Shown here: piece by piece, positions 14,926 to 25,530 of the stretch
Position numbering within the stretch: the stretch's first letter is position 1
Layout: each line of letters starts with the position of its first letter
Origin: Lama guanicoe
Lineage: Eukaryota
Assembly: GCA_013239625.1 (NCBI GenBank)
Contig: MU053881.1
Span: forward strand, 15,120,373 to 15,184,372
DNA: 64,000 bases
Direction: 5' to 3'
Translations under genes and position numbers: made by a program
Notes under the pieces: generated by a model
What the model was told of the DNA's origin: nothing
The model's input: the letters and a program-made list of their open reading frames with translations, nothing else
The model's database searches: none

Positions 14926-15106
14926 TTACAGATGGGAGAGCTGGGCAACCACCATCTCTCAGGGCCCGTGGGGATACAGGATTTTATTCTATTAAAAGTC
15001 TACTCTTATCAGGAGCAAAGTTTACCAGCCCCTACAATCCTCCAACATCCCTTGGCCCACCTTAAGGAAGCCCCGCCAGCCCAACCCAGCGTCCAACGCG
15101 CGCTCT

Positions 15107-15589
15107 ATTTGCATCGTCCCGCCCACTCACCCAGCCAGCCGCTGGTTCCGCCTCCCCACGTGTTTTGCTCTGGCCCCGTCCCCTCCACGCCCTCGCTGCG
15201 GCGCCCAACAGAAGCCAAAGACGGAAGACTTGGAGAGACCTCATAAATAATACATCACGTCAGCGGCTGGTAGGGCGGGGCTTCGACGCGCTTGGCTGAG
15301 TCAGGGTCATGAATAATACACATTGAGGCGGGGCCTGAACGGGGTGCGCGTGTCGGGGCGGAGTCCGGCGCAGAAGTGGACACTTCTAGGATCTTGAGAG
15401 GTGGGGCCATCCACGCCTTATGAATATGTAGGATATCCAGGAGGTGACTGTGGGCCTTATCAGGCCCGCAAGGTGCGTGGCCAGCCGCGTCTCATGAATA
15501 ATGCAACACATCGGCGGGCTGTGTGGTGGCGATTGTGGTTCTTGGGGATCCGGAGAGGGCGTGGCCAGCTGCGTCTTATGAATAATGCA
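15107..15589. promoter_or_regulatory. Octamer plus five POU/MORE-like motifs
   Basis: ATTTGCAT at 15107-15114; ATAAATAATACA 15243; ATGAATAATACA 15309; ATGAATATGTAG 15420; ATGAATAATGCA at 15494 and 15578. Confidence 0.65.
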
Positions 15590-15675
15590 GCGCGTCAGCG
15601 GGCGGCAGGGTGGGGCGTGGCCGGCGCGGCGCCGGCCCTGGAGCCGGGAAGGCGGGGGCGGGGGAGCGATGGTCG

Positions 15676-15687
15676 CAAGATGGCGGC
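15676..15687 (+). promoter_or_regulatory. YY1-type motif overlapping the ELL start codon
   Basis: CAAGATGGCGGC matches the YY1 consensus, which often coincides with start codons in CpG-island genes. Confidence 0.55.
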
Positions 15688-15814
15688 GCTGAAGGAGGAC
15701 CGGAGCTACGGGCTGTCGTGCGGGCGGGTGAGCGACGGCAGCAAGGTGTCCGTGTTCCACGTGAAGCTCACCGACAGTGCCCTGAGGGCCTTCGAGAGCT
15801 ACCGCGCCAGCCAG
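15680..15814 (+). CDS. ELL: ELL coding exon 1 (RNA polymerase II elongation factor ELL)
   Basis: Encodes MAALKEDRSYGLSCGRVSDGSKVSVFHVKLTDSALRAFESYRASQ, the ELL N-terminus. Kozak AAGATGG; donor CAG|GTGAG; 135 nt, phase 0. Confidence 0.97.
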
Positions 15815-18089
15815 GTGAGCGGCACGGGCTCGGCGCGGACGTCGGGGACCTCGGGGCGCAGGTCGGCCTCGCGCGCCCCTCGCCGCGGCGTTCTGGCCTG
15901 GGGACGTGGGGTCCGGCTTCCGAGGTGCTGCTCGCGGGTCTCTGGGCTGGCGGGAACCTTGGCGCCAAGAGGCGACCCTAGCGGGCAGCCCAGGGCGGCC
16001 GAGGGGCCGAACTCGCGCTCCTAGTCCAGGGTGCGTCTGTGTCGGTGCTTGGAGGCGCCCGGGGCCTTTCCCGGCCCACCGGGCACCTGAGAAGGAACTG
16101 GTCTTTTCACCTGGCCAGGGGAGGGGGTGGAAGCAGCGCCGTCCTAGCACTGGAGGTGGGGAGTTTGGGGCTTCTCTGGCTCCTTGGCAGGGTGACTGGT
16201 AGGGATGACTGACTGCACTCCTGGGGAACAGCTTTTCCGTCTAGGTCATTGGCAGGGTGGGTCAGTGGGTCACCGCTGTCGGGGCATCTGTGGGCTCCTG
16301 TTCCATCTTCTTGGGGAGGTTGTGTCTACCCTTGGTGGCCGTCTTTGATGCTTTCCAATGAGGTCCCTGGAGTTGGGCTCACTCTTGGTTCTTGGGAGCA
16401 GGAGTTTGGGCAGAACCTGGCTGACAGTTTGTCCCCAACTCCCCAGGGGACCCTTTGGACACTGGACACCTTTGGGGAGTGGGAGTGTTTTGGGGGGGAA
16501 GAAGCTGTGAGTATGGGGGGATTGCTGGCATGGTGCTTCTCCTAGGTTGGGAGCCTCTGGTGGGCATCTGGAAGGGAGCTCTGGCCATCGCACCTGGCTG
16601 TTGACTTTCCAGCTTCTCAGGGGCCGACCCATCTGGGGAAGTTTGAAGTGTTTCAGTTCTGCCACCTGGCCCCGGGGCAGGCGGGGGGCGTGTTGAGGAG
16701 AGACTTCTGTGCACCTTCTTTCAGGCCTGACTTTGGGGCACATCTGGGGCCATGGTCAGAAACTGCTTCTTCCCATTTCTTTTTGTGTCATGGCGCCCTC
16801 CTTCTGTGTTCTGACAGAAATTGCAGGTGCCCGGTGGTCAGGTCTGGAGGGGAAGTGGTTTGGGAGTCTTTTTCCTCCTTGCCTGGAAAGTAGGGGCTTC
16901 ATAGTCAGAAGATGGCTAGGGGGAGGGGTCTGGTGTCAGGTTCAGGGAGGCCCTGCCCTGTATGTGTGTATGTGTGTATGTGTATACTGGGGATGGGGGG
17001 GCCTCGGGCGGGTGAGGAGAGAGACTAACTAGGAAGGAATGTGGCTTTCTTCCTGCCCTGGACTTGTTTGGCACTATTAGCTTAGCCAGGAATTTCTTCC
17101 CCTGTTTTGTTGCCGGTGTCCACCCTTCCCGCGTTTCTTCCCACTTTTGGGGGCAGTTTTCTTCCTGTCCTTGTGTCTCAGTTTCCCCTTCATAGAACGG
17201 GGACTGCATCTTTGTTTGGAAGAGCGAGTTCTCACCTTGTCAAAAGGATTCCCCCAAGGTGAGGCTTGGGCGCCACTGCAGGTGTGGAGGAGAAGGAGTT
17301 GAGGGCACAGTGGTCAGCTTGAACCTCCCTGCCTTGTGGAATTCCAGCCTGGAGTCTTTTTCCCTGGGCAATTCCGACTTGTTCTACAGGAAGGCGGGCT
17401 TTCCTAGAAACAGCTGGGGGAGAGCTCATGAGTCATGGAAATAAGGTGAACTTGGTACCTGGTCACTGTAGGTTAGGAGCTCCGCCTTCCTGGCCATGCC
17501 ACCTGCCCTTTCTTGATCTAGTTGTCTGGAAGATCCGCCTGTGCGTCCACCTCATGCTGTCACGCTGCTATTTTTAATGTAGGGTGTTGGTTACATCCCC
17601 TAGGCTGGATCTTCCTCGTGAGGGTGAAGGTATAACTGCACACTCAAGTTTGTCCCACACAGAACCCAGCTGTGTAGTCAGTGTTGATCAGCTGGAATCG
17701 GCTCCCTCGAAGAGCTTCTCCAAACCATTCATGTTAACTTGGCTGGCTGGACTGAATTTGTGGGGGAAGGGGGCTTAAACTTTCATTTTTCTCAGAGGCT
17801 GGCTGGTAATTGAAATTACTTGGCAGTTTTCGTATTGGATCTCACCCGACGGGCACTGTTGTGAACTGAGGTGAAATCAGGGCAGTTCAGCACACTTAGT
17901 GCTGTTGGGTGGTAGACATGGGGAAGACGACTTGAAGAACTTGTTTGTGTGACCATAGGAGTGTATTGATATGAACAAAATCTCATATGTACGACTGTCA
18001 GTAGTAGTGTCTAGGATTTCCTATTCTCTAGCTCCATGGTTATATGGTTTACCAATGGCAACTTGTGGAGAGGGTTTTTTTGCTTTTTA

Positions 18090-18291
18090 TAGTTGCCCCT
18101 TGAACAGCACAGATTTGAACTGCCTGGGTCCATTTATACTTGGATTTTTTTTCACTGAAAACATACCACAGTACTGTGGGACCCACATTGGTTGCATCTG
18201 CAAGTGGAGGGCAGACTGTAAAGTTTATTCGGGACTTTTGACTGCTTGGTGGTCGGTGTCCCTAACCGCCGTGTTGTTCAAGGGTCAACTA
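18090..18291. mobile_element. Tigger2-like non-autonomous DNA transposon (MITE)
   Basis: 21-bp terminal inverted repeats TAGTTGCCCCTTGAACAGCAC / GTGTTGTTCAAGGGTCAACTA (2 mismatches), with TA on both flanks. Confidence 0.85.
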
Positions 18292-18916
18292 TAATTGCAA
18301 GGAGGTTTTTACAATTTCAGATGTGGCAGGGGACCGGAGAGGAGCTTCCTTAAAAGCGTTCTCTGTAGCTCCCAGGTGCTTGTAATCCTAGCTGTTGAAG
18401 TCGCTCAAGTAAAAGTCCCTGACCATTTCCCTCTCTAGAGGGGTCTGGAGTCTGAGCTGCCTTTGTATAGACCTAGTGAGCAGCCTAGAACGTGGTGGAG
18501 GGTAGAGATGCAGTGATACATGCAGCTGCCGCTGTCCAGACTTGAGCTTCGTGTAGTCTCTCCTTGAATATAAAAACGAGTAAATCCCAAGGCAGCTACT
18601 CCCATGGATCTCCCTTTTCTCTGTGATGGGTTACTTCCTGGAGAGAAGAGAGGAAGTGTGAACACAACCCATCTTTCCAAGATAGCATCAGAGAAGTGTC
18701 CATGAACACTTGGAGGAAGTGACCTTCCCTGGGGCACGTGCCTCAACCACCTGGGTATTTCATCGTTGGATTTGATGGGCTCTGCTGCTGAGTGACCTTT
18801 TCCTCTCCTGGACTATAAGTTTCTTGATGGAGAGAAGCATATTGTTGTTCAGGAAAAATTGAGGCCCGGTAAACCTGGGGATTGGAGCCTATCTGGGTTT
18901 GAATTTCAGCTCTGTG

Positions 18917-19235
18917 TGAGGCCTTGGGCCAGTGCCTGACCCCTCCCAGTCCAGCTCCTCCTCAGAGCTATAAGGATCCCAGCACCTCCTCTGACTCCTT
19001 CTTCTCTTTGAGTTTATGAGTATTCCAGTACCTGATCCCTCTCAGCTCCTGATCCTTTTTTCCTAAGGGTTGTGACTGTCACAGTGCCCAACCCTCTCTG
19101 AGCTCTGGATTCTTCTCTCAGGGCTTTGAGGGTCCTAGTACCTGACTCCTCCCAGCTCCAGGTCCTTCTCTCTGGACTCTGAGGGCCCCATGTCTCACCC
19201 TCTCTGAGCTCCTCTTCTCTTGGGGCTGTGAGGAT
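18917..19235. repeat. Degenerate minisatellite, six units of about 46-56 bp
   Basis: Units start at 18917, 18971, 19017, 19073, 19127 and 19180; shared pattern TGAG...CCAGTACCTGA..CCTC.CAGCTCC...TTCTCT. Confidence 0.7.
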
Positions 19236-19384
19236 TTTGTTGGCACGTGTGTGGCCCTCAATGCAGCCCTGACCCCTCCTGTGTTCTCAGCACTTGGTGC
19301 TGGTACCCAGGGCCTGTTCCCTCCTGGAGGTTTGAGTACAGATAGTGGGAGACAGGGAGCCTGGGCTTCTATATCTCCCTGAAT

Positions 19385-19760
19385 CTGATTGAGTGCCTGT
19401 TCTGTACAGGGCCGCTGCTCAGGGACTGGACATTTACAAGTGACCAAGATGGGCTCCCAGTGTCATGAGCTGACATTCTAGAGGAAGAAGACAGATAATG
19501 AACAGGGTGGTGCAGAAATCAGCATGAAGAGCTTGTCAGCAGTCAGTGCCAGGAGGGAAATATAATGGGGTGATGTGAATAGGCGCTGATTGGGAGGTAC
19601 TCCTTGAAGATGCCAGGTGAGGGGTCCCGTTAGGGGAAGGGGTGTGGGTTCCAGGCATGGCACATACACAGGCTTTGAGACACAAGGGACCGGGGAGGGT
19701 GTTTGGGCAGGGAATGAGGCCCAGGTAAAGGTGTGGAGGCAGCTGCAGGGCTCTGTCCCA
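19385..19760 (-). mobile_element. L2 LINE fragment
   Basis: ATTGAGTGCCTGTTCTGTACAGG...GAGCTGACATTCTAGAGG...TTCCAGGC resembles antisense L2. Confidence 0.55.
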
Positions 19761-22700
19761 GGAACGGTGTATGGGCAGGAGGTCTGCAGCAAATATTCTA
19801 CAACTGATCTTGAGCCGCACTGGGGGCTGCTCACCTGCTGCTTAGCTTCATGGCTGTCAGCCTGGGCACCAGTGGCAGGAGGAGCCTCAGTTTAGTCTCT
19901 GCTCCCCTCCCACACAGTGAGGTCCTAGGAGATGAGTTTGTCTTCCCTTCCTGGGGTCCAGGGGGAGCCCACTTGGCCCCAGCCAGGGGGCTTCTTGTCA
20001 ACCGTGTCTACTTTTCAGACAGGCTGTCTTTAGGAATAGGTGGCACTGCCCGTCCTGGCCACAGGCTAGGCCCTCATAAACCCTTTGTCCAGGCACGCGT
20101 CATCTTGACAATCTTGGCAGGAAGTCTAGCTCATTGTTCCCACTGTGCACTGGGAGCAGTTGAGTCTGTGAGGGACAGCATTGCCTGTCTGAGGTCACTT
20201 GGACTGTCCTCACTGGCCCAGTCTGCCTCTTGAGTTGGGAGAGAGTTTGAGCCACTGGGACACAGCTATGAAAGGGAGACCCACTATGGTCTCAAGTTCT
20301 TGTGAAATGCCAGTGTTCTAGGCTCCTGGGAGTGTTGGTGACATGAGTGGCCATGCAAATTCCTAAAGTTGCTGGCTTTGAACTGTGCCCCTCCCCTGAG
20401 ACAGTCTGCAGATGATAACAGTGCCTGTGGCTCGTGCTCCGCATGCCAGCGTTGGCCTAAGCTGTGCAGGTTACTTCATCTTGTCCGCTGGCTATCAACC
20501 CTGTGGTGGGGAGTGGTTCCCATTTCTCAGGTGGGAAACTGGTGGGAACTCTGAAGGCTGAGTCACCAGAAGTTTCCCAGTTGGAATGCAGCCGAGAACC
20601 ATGCATCTGGCTGGAATGCAGTGTGTGGCCCTGAGTTCTGCCTCCTCTGAAGAGCAGTGGCTTTATGGAGTGGGCTGTCCTCATTGGTGTCAGGAGCACG
20701 ACATAGGGGTTCCGTTTGCTTGTGTGTTTCAAGGTGGGTGCTTGATAGTTCTGGGTGGGGTGAGTCCCTCTTAGGTACTGAGGGAGGGCGAGTAACCTGG
20801 GGCATGGAGTAAGTGCTGACCACTTTTGCAGATGGCCAGTGAGGCTATGTGTGACCCTTGACTAGGTTTCAGGTAGCCATTTGCCATGGTGATTGTGTGT
20901 AAATAGCTGGCAGCTCTCGGAAAGCCACCCTCTGTTGACTCATTGGCAAGGCCAGAGTTCATCACCCTTGAAGCAGTTTTGACATCACACCCGGATTGTG
21001 ACATCTCTAGGGAGTCATTGAAAAACAAACCTGCTTCTTCTGTTCTTTGCAGCTATGGGCCCAGAGCAGACCCTGGTTTTGGGAAATCCACTTCTCCATG
21101 GCAGCAGCCCTGCTTGACATATCTCATGGGGCCGAGGCTGGCAATCTATTCTGGGTTTTTGGGTTTTGCATTCCCTAGGTGCTTCATTTGTAGGGCCTTG
21201 CTCCCCTGCTCTCTGCCTTTTCTCTGGAGAAGAAAGTCATGAAGACTTTCCCCTTGGTCTGTGACCCTCCTAGCCTGGAATTGTCTGAGAGCTCAACTCT
21301 AGCGATAACCTGGCCACTCCGCCATCACCCAGGTCCCAAAGGGATGCTTTTGAGAGCAGTCCTCCCAAACGACCTCTGACCTGTAGTGCAGTAAGTGACA
21401 CAAACAGCCACAGTGTGCGGTTTTGTCATTTTGCTTTTTAATAAAGAAGCTGATGTCCAAGTAAACCATCCATGGGGAGACCTCCTGTCCCCACACGAAG
21501 TGGCCGCACTGGAGTTTGACGCTAATTATATCCTCCCAGCCGGGTCCCTCCCTGGCCACTTTGAGAGTTGAGATGTGGCTCCTGGCTGAGTCACCAGGTC
21601 ACCAGGGTGCATTGGTGACTTGCTACAACCCCTCCAGAGGAGAGGGAGCCTCAGATGTTTGTGAAGTTTGTGGGGTCACCAAACTCTTGTTTAAAAGCGA
21701 CATGTGTGAAAAGTTTATTTCTTTTTACCATAAAAGCTCAGTGTAGAGCACTTGCGGACTTCCTGAAAGTAGCAATTCTCTGTTCCCATGGGAGGCTGTT
21801 GGCACCTCAGCGCCTTCCTCTGCCTTGCATCCAGGTATCATGTTATCACAGTGCTGTTCTCATACAATCTTAGGTCTCAATTCTTCCCCGACACTGTATA
21901 AGCTGTTTTTTTTTTTTAAATTGCAGTGGTAAGCTTTGCTTTTTAGTGGCTGCATTTTCCATGCAATGTGGACTCTAACAGGTCGGTACTCCTCCAGCCC
22001 CATGCTGATCCTGGGGATTCCTGGGGATTGTCTGCTGTCCTTGCTGAGGGCTGTGCAGAGAGGCTGCGTGCGGGGAGCGGTGCCCCTGGTGTACCCATGT
22101 GTTGGTGAGTGGTGTGGGAGATTGTAGGTGCTGAGTACTACAACTACTGTATGTTGAAATCGAGGCCCAGGAGGGATGTGGTCTGGCCCATGGTGTTGGA
22201 TGGTCAGGGAGGACAGGCCTGGAGGTGGGAGGCTGGGGGTGGAGACATTTGAGGGCCTGAGCTGGGGTGGCACTAGAGGCGGGGACAGATGCGGAAAGTA
22301 TTTGGGCTGCCACCTGTGCCTGGCTGGGGGAGGTGGACATATCTAACCTTTCCTAATTCTGACCTTAGGGCGGAAATGTCTGCATTGGCTTGGCTAATCG
22401 GGCTGCGTTTGTGAGAGTCAGGTCATGCGGGTCTTGAAGAGATGCTGGTGGTCACCTCTGAAGTGACTCTTAGCTGGAGGGAAGGTGACTGTGGCTGGTC
22501 AGAGAGCTGCTGCAGGTCTGTGGTGGGTGGATGAGGAGATCATCATCATCATCGATGAGGGGCAGGGCGGAAGCATGCGCGTGCGGCCGTGGTGTTGCTG
22601 CTTTAGGGCCCACGTCTTTCTGGGTTGCTGCCTTTGTCTCAGGGCGTGGATCCATTAAGGTTCTTGCCAATGTCCTAACAAGTGCTATTTGGAAGTGGTT

Positions 22701-24794
22701 TTGAACGGATGTGGTGGCTCTGGAAGCCAGCAGCCTTTCTTTTTCTGGTTCATGGATTGTGTTCTTCGCTGAGGGTGGTTGGGTGGCAGATTTCCCTTAT
22801 TGTGCTGGTGTTGACCAGTTTCTGGACAGTGAGTGTTTTGGACACTGAGGGAGCCAAGGCTGGGCTTGAACAGAGGGGCTGTACCTTGAGACAGCGTTTG
22901 GGGGTCAGTTTCACCCCGAGTCAGCCTCAGGGCAGGTGAGCAAGTAGGCTGTGCCGTCCAAGCGTGGAGAACCTTGGGTTGAAGGCCCAATGCCTGCTTA
23001 TCACTTTCCCAGTGCTCCCAGGTACACTCCATAATGGGCATTCGTAGAATAGTTCAGCTGCCTTGGACTGCTCTGCCTTTGAGAAATTAATGAGCCGCTG
23101 ATGATTGAGGGCTGTGGTTAATCCTTCATGACATTATTTCATTGTTGGTGTTCTCCTGGTAGACCTTCAGAAAGGGAGACTGAGGCTCCACACAGGGATG
23201 CTTTTCCTGAGTGTGTGCCCTCCCAGCTACCCCCATTCCTACCCCAGGACTGTTGGGAGGGCATCAGCTCCTCACTGTTTGCCTGGCTGCCCCTGTGTCC
23301 ATCTTAGATACTCAGGTTGGATGTCCTAACAAGGAGGTTTCTCCTTCGAAGGATGCCACCCATTGGGGTCAGGTAGCCTGGCTCCAGCCAGCTCCTGCTG
23401 ACCGCCTGGGGACTCTGGGCTGCTGGCTCCCTCCCAAGCCTCAGTTCCTGGATTGAAGCAACACCTGCAGTTCTAGTGGCCTCCCAGGACAGGTGGGTGA
23501 GATGTATCAATGCCAACCCCTCCTTTCCCGTGTTTGTGGGTGGGTGTTGATGTCATGCAAGTGACCTTGCAAGTAAATTCTGAGGCCCTTTAGCATTTAA
23601 AATATCTACTCCTTTGCCTCAGCTGTTAAGGATTTCTTTTTAAAATAAAGAATGATTATGTTGAATGGCTTTACCCAGGTTTTTTTTAGCAGCTTTCCTG
23701 CTGGGAAGTTCACCACACGGCTTCCGAGGGAGCTAGGCCCTTTCATGCATCCCCTTTTTTGATCCCTTGAGTAGCCTCAGTGGGCAGTGATGGTGGAGTG
23801 GACAGTGTGCTGAGGAGGGAGAGGAGGTGGTAGCCACGTTTCTGGAGACATGTCCAGCTGGCCTGGGGGTGACTGCTGAGTCCACTGGGCTGGTGGCTGC
23901 TGCTAGCAGAATGTGAGGGGTCAAGCTCAGCGTCCAGGGTGCGGTGGCTCCATCTGTGCTTTCAAGCAAAGTTTATGGGTATTGGGGAGTGACCCAAGGG
24001 CAGCCTCAAGGGGCCAAACCCCTCTTCACTTGAGAATGCTATTCCCCAGGGATTTGGGGGAATTTCTGTAGCCTCCATTATCCAGATTGGGTGAGTGTGG
24101 CTCTGGCAAAGATATGTAAGGGCTGAGTAATGAGGGGCCATCCCTGCCCACCCCTGCCCTTTCCCACACTTCTTGGCCTCTTTCTGGACAGGAGTGGCAG
24201 GACACCGAAGGAGGGGCCTGAGGAGTCCCTGGCCTACCTCTCCCCCTACCTGGACATATCCATGTGGCTTCCATATTATTAGACTGACTGACTTGGCATC
24301 TACTGGTGGCCAGGCCTGGACCTATGGCTTGTGAGGGGCAGCCAAGGGCATGGTGGTGACTGGTGGGAGAGAGGAATGCCTTGGGCAATGGGCGGAGTTG
24401 CCCTCGGGAAGCAGGGCAGGTGAAACCACTTGGGAAAGGCCCAGATTGCCTGTGTGAGATCTGAGAGAGTGGCCAAAGGAGGGAGGCTGGGAGTGGTAGG
24501 GGTAAGGGGTGCCTGAACCGGAAGTTCGGGTTAATTTCATCATCCAGGGAAGCCCTGACTAAGTGGCTGTGGCTACTCTGCTCTGTGCGGGTGTAGACAG
24601 CTGCAGCCCCTTCTTGGGCTTCTTGTGGGAGGCTTGACCCCACAGCTGATTTCACCTGACACTTTGATGAATGTTTTCCCTTGGGGGCTTCCTTCTGTGA
24701 CAGACAGGACTGGTTTTGGTCAGGGAGGCCTTGGGAGTGCTGAGACCAATTAACACCAGTCTTTACTTGGGACCTCTCAGAGCCTTTTTGAAAG

Positions 24795-25530
24795 AATTTT
24801 ATTATTATTTTTATCTTTAATTGTGATAAAATACACATAACATAAATTTGCCATTTTAACCATTTTTCAGTGTGCAGGTCAGTGGTGGTAAGTACATTCA
24901 CATTGTTGTGCCCCATTACCATCATCCATCTCCAGAACTTGTTCATCGTCCCAAACTGAAACTTTGTCCTCATTATACACTAACTGCCCATTCCCCTCAA
25001 CCAACCTCTGGCAACCACAATTCTCTTTTCTGTCTCTGAATTTGATGGTTCTAGGGACTTCTTGTAAGTGGAATCATACAGTATTTGTCCTTGTGTGACT
25101 GGCTTGTTTCACTTAGCATAATGTCCTCAAGGTTTATCCACGTTATAGCATATGTCAGACCTTTCTTCCTTTTCAGGGCCGAGTAATATTCCGTGATGTG
25201 GATATACCACTTTTTTGCTTATCCATTCTTCTGTCAGTGGACATTTGGGTTGTTTCCACCTCTTGGCTGCTGTGAATGATGCTGCTGTGAACATGGGCAA
25301 ACAATTATCTCCTTACTTCTTTTGGATATACATCTAGAAGTGGGATTGCTGGATCATATGGATCATATTCTATGTTCAACTTCTTGAGGAACTGCCATAC
25401 TGTCTTCCATAGCGACTGCACCATTTTACATTCCCACCAACAGTGCACAAGGGTTCCAGTTTCTCCACATCCTCACCAACACTTGTTATTTTTTCCTTTT
25501 TTGATAGTAACTATTGTGATGGATAAGTGG
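24795..25530 (-). mobile_element. L1MB-type LINE 3' end
   Basis: TAAAATACACATAACATAAATTTGCCATTTTAACC..GTGGAATCATACAGTATTTGTCC..CCATTTTACATTCCCACCAACAGTG. Confidence 0.9.

Larger units (their letters stand above)
15080..16150. promoter_or_regulatory. ELL: CpG island / ELL promoter
   Basis: Abrupt high CpG density and GC boxes (GGGCGGGG, GGGCGTGGC) spanning ELL exon 1; the flanks are CpG-depleted. Confidence 0.9.

Noticed and set aside
15243..15589. Repeat-spacer pattern superficially like a CRISPR array
   Set aside because: Eukaryotic promoter, irregular spacing, degenerate short repeats and no cas genes.
15386..16150. 254-aa antisense ORF over ELL exon 1
   Set aside because: Pro/Arg/Gly/Ala-rich open frame expected in a stop-poor CpG island.
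24026..24973. Longest ORF in the track (315 aa, minus strand)
   Set aside because: It starts inside an L1 3' UTR and runs into GC-rich intron; no recognisable domain or splice structure.
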